From Piedraia hortae CBS 480.64 (lineage: Eukaryota), in assembly GCA_010093745.1 (NCBI GenBank), contig MU006037.1, positions 1-47,440 on the forward strand: a DNA stretch of 47,440 bases. Direction: 5' to 3'. Position 1 is the first letter of the stretch; each line of letters begins with the position of its first letter. Positions 35,122-43,915 of the stretch are shown one piece after another. Below the pieces are notes generated by a model. That model did not search any database, was not told the DNA's origin, and worked only from the letters and a program-made list of their open reading frames with translations. A program made the translations under genes and the position numbers.

Positions 35122-36075
35122 TCAATCAAACACAATCTTCGTCCCCTTAAACTCTGTCACGCGCGATGCTTTCTCCTTTGCAGCCTTCTTCGCTTCCCAG
35201 CTGGGATGCAACTTGCCCCCATCGTCTCTACTCGCAGCTGGGGGTTTCTTCTCCCTCCTTTCGACTCCATGGCGGTTCTGCTGATTACCATCTTCCTTCC
35301 TACCCTTTTCACGCTTCTGCTTCTTCTGTAAATGCTTCGCACTCGAGCCGTATTTCTTCTCCCAAAGCGCCTGCCTTGCGCGCTGGCCTCTTCTGTTCTT
35401 TCTGACAGTAGCTTCGGCCGTGGCGGGGACCTCGGAGGCGGAGTCGGAGCCGGAGATGTAGCCTTGTGCTAGAGAAGGAAGGAAGAGGGTTTGAGGATTG
35501 ACTTTGGTATTGATCGAGGAGGAGGGTGAGAGGGATGGTGCCAGATGCACGCCTCCTCCATCGTCTTCATCTTCACTGCTATCGTCATCGAGCTGGGGAG
35601 CGGAGGGTTTGTTCAGGTCTAGAGCTTGGGTGATTTTTGCAAGTTCTCCCTTTACGGGGTTGGACTTGCATAGCCTCGCGTGGACGTTTAGGAGGTGTTT
35701 ACCCTCTGGTAGCTTAGGTAATGAGTCGTGGGCGCCCTCTGGGATGAGTTTCATCCGCACAAGGCTTTTGATGAGGTGGTGTTTGGCTGAGAGGCTCGCA
35801 TCGAGGTGCTTTAGGGCGGAGATTTCAGATCTGATTCGCTCCGATTCGGTGGAAGGTGCGTTTTTCAGTCTTCGGCCTAGCTTTTGACGTTCGAAACGCT
35901 TTGAAAGTTTGAAGGCTTTGGTGAGATTCCTGGTTGGTTTGTCCAGGTTGGGTGTTTTTGCTACCCTCTTCTTGGCTGGTTGCTTCAGAGAAGACTGGGA
36001 AGGGAGAGAAACGTCGCCGTCCTCGGAACTGTTACTCAGGCTTTCGCTGGATCGTTTGCGCTTCATATTCGTCAT
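35122..36075 (-). CDS. BUD22: BUD22/SRFBP1-family ribosome biogenesis protein, 317 aa
   Basis: KAFKLSKRFERQKLGRR, FLPSLAQGYISGSDS, KNRRGQRARQALWEKKYG, LHPSWEAKK and FKGTKIVFD*. Confidence 0.9.
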   Translation of the reverse strand: MTNMKRKRSSESLSNSSEDGDVSLPSQSSLKQPAKKRVAKTPNLDKPTRNLTKAFKLSKRFERQKLGRRLKNAPSTESERIRSEISALKHLDASLSAKHHLIKSLVRMKLIPEGAHDSLPKLPEGKHLLNVHARLCKSNPVKGELAKITQALDLNKPSAPQLDDDSSEDEDDGGGVHLAPSLSPSSSINTKVNPQTLFLPSLAQGYISGSDSASEVPATAEATVRKNRRGQRARQALWEKKYGSSAKHLQKKQKREKGRKEDGNQQNRHGVERREKKPPAASRDDGGKLHPSWEAKKAAKEKASRVTEFKGTKIVFD

Positions 36076-36426
36076 GCTTTCGTAGAACTATCTTTTCATT
36101 CGATAATCTCACTGCGTCTCACTATGGGTGTACCCGTACTAGCGTTGCCGTGTGGATAGCCAATCAGCGTCTAACGAAGTCGAGCAATGACGCACGATAC
36201 GCTCACACACACTTGCGAACGGCTAACCTGTAACGACAAGGTAAATAATTACACAGAGTGACCAGTAACGGGAGCTGTGTTTGCCTGACAGCTGTTGACA
36301 GCCGAGACTCGGGGCTTGGCTTGTCTTGTTTGACGTGTTGAGAGAGCCCCGCATCCGCAAAAAGTGGGACGTGACCCCGCGGAGTCAGCGGACAGCGCAG
36401 AACTCTTGCAAACCAATCTCTTGACA

Positions 36427-36923
36427 ATGTCTTGGCAGGCCTACGTCGATACGAGGTAAGTGCTTGGCCTCGTATATGCGATCTACAAACTGACTGGCGG
36501 CAAGCCTGGTGGGAACGGGCAACGTGGATAAGGCGGCGATTTTCAGCGCCGACGGTACGGGCGTGTGGGGGGTGACCAAGGGCTTCAACGTCGACCCAAA
36601 GGAAATGAGCGAGATTGTCGCGGCATACAAGGACCCCGGAAAGGACGGTGTCAAGCAAGTTCAGAGCACCGGCCTGCACGTCGCCGGCGAGCGCTACATT
36701 GTGCTCCGTGCCGACGATCGCAGCATCTACGGGAAGAAGGTGTGTTGGAAACAGTTTGATATAGCTATGGACAACGCTGACGTACCAGGGACGTGAGGGC
36801 GTCGTCATTGTCAAGACCATGCAGGCCATTCTTGTTGCGCATTACCCAGAGTCAGTCCAGCCCGGCGCGGCCACCAAGACAGTGGAACAGCTGGGAGACT
36901 ACCTGATCGACGCCAAGTACTAG
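36427..36923 (+). CDS. PFY1: Profilin; exons 36427-36455, 36505-36739, 36789-36923
   Basis: [23 protein letters not shown]...[33 protein letters not shown]...[13 protein letters not shown]. Two 49-nt introns at 36456-36504 and 36740-36788. Confidence 0.96.
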
Positions 36924-36941
36924 GCAAATAGAGTTGTTCTT

Positions 36942-37784
36942 TTACCAATGTCTGCGATGGTCCCGCTCTCTTCCGTCGTCGCGGCTGTCATAACTGTCGT
37001 AACTCGGGCTGCGTCGCCCATAACCGTCTCCTCCTCCCCCTCCGCCTGACTTACCATATCCTCGAGCTGAGCCTGGCCCGCGACTGCGCGGGGAGCTGTA
37101 GTCCCGTCGACGCGGCGGTGGGCGGTCGCGGAAGTCTGGGCTCCGGCTGCGATTGTCAAAACTCGGGCTGCGGCGGCCCCTAGCCGCGGGGCTGCGCGAG
37201 TAGCCGCGAGGACGGTAAGAGTTGCGGTCATCGTAGCGATCATATCGAGATGGTGTTCGTCCATGTCCCATTCTACCGCGTCCGTGTCCACGTCCGAAAG
37301 CATCGCCCATGCCGCGGCCACGTAGACCGGGCCCGAAACTATTGCGCATCCGATGCGGTTCACCGAACCGGTTAGGCGGCGGGCGTTTCGGAGGAGGGCT
37401 GCGTGAAAAACGGCGGCGAGGAAGTACAATTGATACGTTGATCTGTGCCCCATCGACCTGCGCCTCATGCATGTGTGCGATGGCGCTCTCGGCTTCTTCA
37501 GGCGCAGAATAAAGGACGTATGCTATACCTTTGTTCATCATAAACTGGTTGTTCAAAGGTAGCTCGAGGTCGGTAATCTTTCCATAAGGGCTGAAAATTT
37601 CACGTAGGTGCTGCAGAGAAACGTTCTTGGTGAGCTTCTCGATCACAATCTTGTTGCTGAGCGGCGGCGGGCTGTTTTGCGGCGAACGGCTGTAGTGTCT
37701 CCCTTCACTGGGGTCGCGATCCCCATTTGTGTGATAGCCGCGAGGCGGCGACCGTCCGCGCGAGTAACTGCGATTGTATGACAT
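36942..37784 (-). CDS. RNPS1-like RRM/RS-rich splicing and EJC factor, 280 aa
   Basis: Likely start MSYNRSYSRGRS at 37784. RRM KIVIEKLTKNVSLQHLREIFSPYG...MNKGIAYV...AIAHMHEAQVDGAQINVSIV followed by an RS/RG-rich tail. Confidence 0.85.
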   Translation of the reverse strand: MSYNRSYSRGRSPPRGYHTNGDRDPSEGRHYSRSPQNSPPPLSNKIVIEKLTKNVSLQHLREIFSPYGKITDLELPLNNQFMMNKGIAYVLYSAPEEAESAIAHMHEAQVDGAQINVSIVLPRRRFSRSPPPKRPPPNRFGEPHRMRNSFGPGLRGRGMGDAFGRGHGRGRMGHGRTPSRYDRYDDRNSYRPRGYSRSPAARGRRSPSFDNRSRSPDFRDRPPPRRRDYSSPRSRGPGSARGYGKSGGGGGGDGYGRRSPSYDSYDSRDDGRERDHRRHW

Positions 37785-37945
37785 GTTTGTGTTCAGGAAT
37801 AAGTTGTGGCTTGCGACAAACCGTTGGTGAGCGCGGAGACGGCTCGGGACGCCGCGGAACGTTTCGAACCGCTTCGGTTCGGGCCCGACCGGCGCAAGTC
37901 GAGATGGCGCCCCCCCCCCCCCCCACTTCATCTGCCGCTCCCCCA

Positions 37946-39652
37946 ATGGCATTGATTCTGTTGTTTACTGCCCTTGCTTTAGCTGAACAACCGTCTGCAC
38001 AGCCGCCTGTTCGTGCACCGTTGCGTGAGTTGCCATGGGGCCAGTTAAACGTTCTACATACCACTGACACGCATGGATGGCATGCCGGTCACCTTCAGGA
38101 ACCACAATACGGAGCCGACTGGGGAGATTATGTCTCGTTTGCCCACCACTTGCAGAAGCGTGCAGATGAGGACGGCTCTGATGTGCTATTGGTGGATACT
38201 GGAGATCGAGTCGAGGGCAACGGCCTTTACGATGCATCAAGTCCAAAGGGAAAATACACATTTGACATTCTCAAGGAGCAACGGATAGATGTCATGACTC
38301 CTGGGAATCATGAACTATACATACAAGCAACCAGTGACCGTGAATACGATGAGATAGTTAAAGACTTCAAAGACGCCTACATATCCTCCAATGTTGATGT
38401 CATGAGACTAGACGGTCGAAGGCGCCCCTTGGCTCCGAGATACCGCAAATTCACAACCAAAAACCAGAGGCTTCGGATCATGGCCTTTGGGTTTCTCTTC
38501 GACTTCCAAGAAAATAATAATCACACAGTCGTGCAGCCTGTCGAGGAAGTGGTTAAGGAGAAATGGTTCCAGGATGCCGTTCGAGACCGCCATGTTGACC
38601 TCTTCCTGGTCGCTGGTCATGTGGCAGTTCGCGATAGTCCAGAGTATGATATCGTTTACAAAGCCATTCGAAAAGTGCAATGGGATACTCCCATTGTCTT
38701 CTTCGGTGGCCACACACATATCCGAGACTATCGAATATGGGATAAAAAAGCCCAAGGCATGGAAAGTGGGCGATACATGGAGACACTTGGTTTCCTTTCG
38801 ATGTCTGGACTGAAATCAAAGCGGGAGCCAACCTATAGACGGCTTTATATTGACAACAACCTCTACTCTTTGCATCATCATTCGCGCACAAACTCTTCGA
38901 GCTTCACCACGGATTTGGGCCGAAACGTGAGCAAGAGCATTCACGACGCGCGAGCCAAGCTGAACCTAGACTACACCTATGGTTGCGCACCGCAAAATTA
39001 CTGGTTGAACCGCGCGCCTTATCCTGCCAATGACAGCCTCCTCACACTGCTCGCGGACAAAATTATTCCTGACCTGTACCGGGATGACAAGCCCACAGTC
39101 GTGCTCTTCAATAGCGGTGCAATGCGATTCGATATGTTCAAAGGCCCCGTAACCGTCGACACCATGTGCCTCATCTCACCGTTTCTCAGCGGCATCAAGG
39201 TGTTGAAAGATATTCCCTACGCGGTGGCACACCGTGTCTTGGGATTATTGAACAACGAAGGTCCAATACCGCTGCAAGATCTGGCACCCCTTCATCTCCG
39301 TCGACGAGATGTGGAGGAGATGATGGTTCCCGCACAGGCGGTGCTGGTCAACTCTGAACATGCCCGCCTGCCGGGCTACACAACTATTGATGATTTGGGA
39401 TCAGACGGTGATGACGCAATTCATGCACCCATACAATTTTACGACGTGCCAAATTGCATTGGCGCAGAAGTTAATGTGGCCGGCACTGAAAAGGTCTCCA
39501 TAGCCTACAACGGGTTTATCGAGAAATGGGTCATCATGGCATTACGGGCGCTGGGAACGGAGAGGAGCGGTGGGGATGCTGAGCGGGCGTTTGGGGGAAA
39601 GAGCGTGACCGAATTGATGACGGGATGGGTTGGGAGAAATTGGAAATGCTGA
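37946..39652 (+). CDS. Secreted calcineurin-like metallophosphoesterase / 5'-nucleotidase family protein, 568 aa
   Basis: Signal peptide MALILLFTALALA from ATG 37946. Metal-binding motifs LHTTDTHGW, DTGDRVEGNGL, PGNHELY and GGHTHIRD; C-terminal NSGAMRFD. Confidence 0.9.
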   Translation: MALILLFTALALAEQPSAQPPVRAPLRELPWGQLNVLHTTDTHGWHAGHLQEPQYGADWGDYVSFAHHLQKRADEDGSDVLLVDTGDRVEGNGLYDASSPKGKYTFDILKEQRIDVMTPGNHELYIQATSDREYDEIVKDFKDAYISSNVDVMRLDGRRRPLAPRYRKFTTKNQRLRIMAFGFLFDFQENNNHTVVQPVEEVVKEKWFQDAVRDRHVDLFLVAGHVAVRDSPEYDIVYKAIRKVQWDTPIVFFGGHTHIRDYRIWDKKAQGMESGRYMETLGFLSMSGLKSKREPTYRRLYIDNNLYSLHHHSRTNSSSFTTDLGRNVSKSIHDARAKLNLDYTYGCAPQNYWLNRAPYPANDSLLTLLADKIIPDLYRDDKPTVVLFNSGAMRFDMFKGPVTVDTMCLISPFLSGIKVLKDIPYAVAHRVLGLLNNEGPIPLQDLAPLHLRRRDVEEMMVPAQAVLVNSEHARLPGYTTIDDLGSDGDDAIHAPIQFYDVPNCIGAEVNVAGTEKVSIAYNGFIEKWVIMALRALGTERSGGDAERAFGGKSVTELMTGWVGRNWKC

Positions 39653-40321
39653 TCATGACGATCAATGTGTGATATGTAGATTGGTCATTCGATGGTTGGG
39701 AACGCCATCTCGCTTGTGCTCGTTTGCTTTAAACTCACCAATGTTTGGCAATCATCAATCGCGCAGCCTATATGCACACTAGATGAATCTATTACGGGAC
39801 TACTTAGCTGTGATGCATGTCCATCCCTACCGCAAGCCCTGGTTCACGATAGGGGCACATACATAGACGCATGCGCATGCAAATGTCAAAGTCTGCCCTC
39901 CCCCGCCAAAAGGCTAGAAGATTAACTGGCATTCCTATTCCGGGCCCGGTTCGCCGGTGCAGTTTTCATTGGACGTACCACGTGGCGCAGGTGACAGGCT
40001 GTCAAAACCTTGCAGTTGAGCGGAGCGTTTCAGGCTTGTTTTCGCTCTGCGACTTCTTCACAGGCGCGGCGCGGTCTAGACTGTTCAGCCTGGTGTAGCG
40101 TGTTTGAGACGGGAGGCGCCGGACCCGGACGTTGGGACCTGGTTCCTTGCTGGTGGGCCAGCCGTGCCGGGGTTGTTTACCGTAGGTTACCGTGGGTTAC
40201 CGTGAGTGACGGTACGGGCAGGTTGCCACCCCTCTCCCCCTCGGCCCAAAATACATCGCACACACACGCTCCACACCACCCACCCGCATCGCGTGCATCC
40301 GATGTCCGCGTGGCCGCCACC

Positions 40322-43300
40322 ATGAACCGGATCCTGAAGAAAAAGGCGTCACCGGAGCCCTCGTCGGTTCCGAACCGGCCCCTGTCGCCTACCACCCCCG
40401 CCCCGCCCCCCAAAAAATCTGCCGCGCGGCGGTGGAAGAAGACGAAGAAAACACCCGAGGCTGCGGCGGCCGAGCCCGTTAATATAGCCGCAATCCTTCC
40501 ATCCAGCGATGACTTCCGCACCAGTCTACTGCTGCCCAACCTCTCGGCTCGCTTTAGCATGTTACGTCAGCAGGACGACCCAAACTCGATCCTGGGCAAG
40601 GCCAACGACGACAGCGTTCTCCCTACCAGTAGCGCTCCCCATCTTGGACACATTTCCGAGGTTTCGTCGCTCACCAGTAGCCCGCGGCCGCCTTTTGCTG
40701 ACTCTGACCCGTTTGCGATCGAGAGCGGCTACGGCAGCGACGGTGACGTCGCCTCGCACACGAGCGTCATGAGCCGTCCGCGTCCGGGCGAGGCCAATGT
40801 AATGTTTGGCGGCCGCCAGAAGGTGTACCGCATCCCCACCAGTGGCTCCAGCTCCAGCACAGGCAAGGGCAAGGCCATGTATGAGGCTGATGTCCATCTC
40901 TCGGCCTTTCAGCGCCATCGCAAGGAGCAGCAACAGCAGCAGCAGCAGCAGCAGCAGCGGGATCAGCAGCGGGATCAGCAGGAGCAGCGAGAGCACGTGC
41001 AGCAGGTGCCCGTCGAGGATCTCGGCTTCGACTTTGGCCTTGATGACGCCGGCACGACCAGTGACTCCTATTCATTCGAGCAAAAGGCTCCCACCGTCTC
41101 TTCGCCGTCCAAGTCGGACGCTCGGTTGTCCACTGCCGCGACGTCTATCACATCGCAGTCTGTAGCTCCTTCTCCGCAGCAAGTATCAACACCGTCGTTT
41201 GGAGTTTCGGGCCCTAAGCGGTCTGATACCAAGACTCGCCGGCTGTACGAACAGAGCCTTAATCAGGATCTTCAGGAGCATCAAGCTCAGGCTTTGACAC
41301 GGCTCAACAGCATCGCACGCTCTTCACCGCCCAATTTTGTTTCGTCGCCGTCAGAGTCAGTATTGCAGTCTTCTCTCTTGGCACCCTCTGCCACGACGTC
41401 TCCAGAGCGCGATGGCGACGTCTTTTCGGCCCCATTGCATCATGCTTTGGAGCCCGGCGACCGCGGCAAAGCCACAGCCATGGGAGCTTTCAAGAAGCCA
41501 GCCCGGCAATTCGATGAGAACCAGTATCTCGAGCGGCAGGCGCAGATTCGACGGACGCATTCAAAAAGCGCATTGCGTCCAGAGTCTCCTCGGTCAATGT
41601 CCTGCTCTATAAATCCTGCCGAGCGGGACCAGTCGGCCGAGGGCAACGTGCAGCGTCCGGTGCCGAAGCGAGCCGATTCGCTGCAGCGTAAGAAGGCACC
41701 AAGCACGTGGGCGTATCAAAAGTACAATGCAGGCCGTCAGCGGCAATTGCAGACGCCACTGGAAAATGCGCCAGAAGCTATTGAAGAGGATGCAACAAGC
41801 GATGCTGAGCCGCAGTCGGCTTCGACGTTTGAACCGCCCAACGAAGAGGCACGCTTTCAAAACTGCCCCCTTCCACCATTGCCTGAGGACCCTGTCGGTG
41901 TAGCAAAGGGCTTTCCGGAAGGTCCGCAACCAGTCGTGTCCGAAGAAGAGCCTCCAAAGCCCCCAGCAGTTGATTCTCCCACGTTGGGCCCTACGCTTGG
42001 GTCTACCACTGCTGCTCCTTTGCGTGGTTTGATTCACCATTTGCGGCAACAAAGTGCGGCGTCATCCATTTGGCCCGGGGATGATGACTCTGTGGCTGGC
42101 AGCCGTCCCAGGTCGCATCTTTCACTCGCTCCCACACATCCTTGGGATGCTGTGACGGGCCGCAATCCTTCAATCGAGTCTTTGCCCGTCACTGATCCTT
42201 GGGAAGCTCCTCTACCCGTTGCTTCAGTGGTAGATCAACCATCTGTCAGCCGCCCTCCATCAGCCAGCTTCTTCTCAAGCGTTCATCCTGTGAACCGTCC
42301 AAGTGCTGAGCAGATGCGGCCATCGACCAGTCGTAAACAGTCCACGTCACTTGAAACCCCCATCTCACAGTCTGGCGACAGCTTCGGACGCTCTTCTGTG
42401 TCTCGGCCAAACTCTGGCCCATGGGCCGCGGAGGGTGTTGAGGTGACGATGCCAAACCACCCGTCTGATGATGGCCACAATCTGCACGCCCGAGATCTTA
42501 GCACGGCGACCCAGCTGGAGCGGGAGGCGTTTGCCAATGAACTAGCTGCTCGCCGCGCTGCCATTCAGGAGAATATCAAAAGCATTGTAGAGTCCCGAGG
42601 CGCAAGCCCAGTGCCAAGCACCAGTGGCGCCCGCAAGGCGCTGGGCATCTTAAAGTCAAAGTCGAGCAGGGAGTCGTTAGATGTGAGGCGAGACCCCTCG
42701 TCCAAAACGACCAGGAAGCTCGGCTTTGGGTCGAATGCGAGCAGCACGACGCTGAACTCGCAGTATGAAAGGGCTGGAAAGAGCTTCGAAGGAAGCAGAT
42801 CGCGCGACAACTCCATCACCCGCATTCCTCCCTTGCCTGGGATGGATCCATTCCAGTCACGCGGTCGGGGCAACAGCGATACGAGCCGCTTCAATGTGAC
42901 ATCTCGTCTTCAAACTCGGGAACGCAGTCGGTCCAACTCGCTTGCTGGGCGCTCACATAGTCGGCCGCGGCAAGACAATGCTCCCGAAATGCCACTTGAT
43001 GCGCAACGTCCTCGCTCAAGAAGCACCACGACCAAAGACCAGTCGTTGCACCTCCAGACGTCACGTTTTGCTGCTGTCCCGACCAGCAACCCGATAGGTC
43101 CAATTCGTCCGTCCCCTGCCACGGCGCCTTGGCTTCAGATGCCTACGCCCCCAATGTCGGCATCGAACTCTCCATCGACCTCTTTCCCCTTGGAGAAGGC
43201 CACCGTTACTCAGCCGCGTTCCACGACCTTACCCAAGAAGGCAATCTCAAAGTCCGACATCTCGGAACCTTTATTGATTTCGTCGACGTCAAACATCGAC

Positions 43301-43648
43301 CTGGTTGATCTTCCCGAGGGAGCTTCGCTAAAGAATGGCATGGAAGCACAAACACCTTTCTCTAAGCGTAAGTCAACGCGAAAGTTCTTCGGTCGTACCC
43401 GCACAACCCCCAGCGAGGACGCCCAGAACTATGGGCTAGGAACTCGTTCGCAGGCGGACACGTTCAAGAGCCCACCGCCGGTGTGGACAAACAGCCCACC
43501 TACGCCGGAGCCTGAGTTTGAGTTGGCACGGCACCGGGCTACCATGGTGCATCCTGCACACGCCGAATCTGCTCCAGGTTCACCTGAACGATTGCAACAT
43601 GCTTTCCCAACCACTCATCCAGGCCTCGTTGAAGGGGGTATGTTTTGA
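40322..43648 (+). CDS. Large S/P-rich, mostly disordered fungal hypothetical protein (~1108 aa)
   Basis: Long intact ORF with a Kozak-like start GCCACC-ATG at 40322. Conserved-looking islands DDFRTSLLLPNLSARFSMLRQQDDPNSILGKANDDSV, MFGGRQKVY and SKSDISEPLLISSTS; ends GGMF*. Confidence 0.85.
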   Translation: MNRILKKKASPEPSSVPNRPLSPTTPAPPPKKSAARRWKKTKKTPEAAAAEPVNIAAILPSSDDFRTSLLLPNLSARFSMLRQQDDPNSILGKANDDSVLPTSSAPHLGHISEVSSLTSSPRPPFADSDPFAIESGYGSDGDVASHTSVMSRPRPGEANVMFGGRQKVYRIPTSGSSSSTGKGKAMYEADVHLSAFQRHRKEQQQQQQQQQQRDQQRDQQEQREHVQQVPVEDLGFDFGLDDAGTTSDSYSFEQKAPTVSSPSKSDARLSTAATSITSQSVAPSPQQVSTPSFGVSGPKRSDTKTRRLYEQSLNQDLQEHQAQALTRLNSIARSSPPNFVSSPSESVLQSSLLAPSATTSPERDGDVFSAPLHHALEPGDRGKATAMGAFKKPARQFDENQYLERQAQIRRTHSKSALRPESPRSMSCSINPAERDQSAEGNVQRPVPKRADSLQRKKAPSTWAYQKYNAGRQRQLQTPLENAPEAIEEDATSDAEPQSASTFEPPNEEARFQNCPLPPLPEDPVGVAKGFPEGPQPVVSEEEPPKPPAVDSPTLGPTLGSTTAAPLRGLIHHLRQQSAASSIWPGDDDSVAGSRPRSHLSLAPTHPWDAVTGRNPSIESLPVTDPWEAPLPVASVVDQPSVSRPPSASFFSSVHPVNRPSAEQMRPSTSRKQSTSLETPISQSGDSFGRSSVSRPNSGPWAAEGVEVTMPNHPSDDGHNLHARDLSTATQLEREAFANELAARRAAIQENIKSIVESRGASPVPSTSGARKALGILKSKSSRESLDVRRDPSSKTTRKLGFGSNASSTTLNSQYERAGKSFEGSRSRDNSITRIPPLPGMDPFQSRGRGNSDTSRFNVTSRLQTRERSRSNSLAGRSHSRPRQDNAPEMPLDAQRPRSRSTTTKDQSLHLQTSRFAAVPTSNPIGPIRPSPATAPWLQMPTPPMSASNSPSTSFPLEKATVTQPRSTTLPKKAISKSDISEPLLISSTSNIDLVDLPEGASLKNGMEAQTPFSKRKSTRKFFGRTRTTPSEDAQNYGLGTRSQADTFKSPPPVWTNSPPTPEPEFELARHRATMVHPAHAESAPGSPERLQHAFPTTHPGLVEGGMF
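40928..40987 (+). repeat. Coding CAG microsatellite (Q10) followed by (RDQQ)2
   Basis: CAG CAA (CAG)8 CGG GAT CAG CAG CGG GAT CAG CAG GAG CAG. Confidence 0.95.
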
Positions 43649-43915
43649 CGCTTTCTACTACATGCTTAGTTGGGTTATGGCATTACGATATGAAATGTTT
43701 TAATGAGTCTGTATACTCCAGTGTAGTATGTACTCTAAGCCTTTGTATGAATGTCTGAGGCCTTGGTAATTGTTGCCTGTCCGATTCCGTCTGATCTGAT
43801 GTCGCGTTCCTCGGCTGTTAGCGCTAACCTAGATTGGCTAGCGTTGGTGCTGCCAAGCCTTTCGCACCCGCTCAATTTCCTGGCACAACTGCCGCTACAA
43901 CACCAGCTCTCCATC

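Noticed and set aside
37727..37952. Apparent head-to-head overlap of the RNPS1-like and nucleotidase ORFs
   Set aside because: The ORF track over-extends both. Plausible starts at 37784 (-) and 37946 (+, signal peptide) do not overlap.
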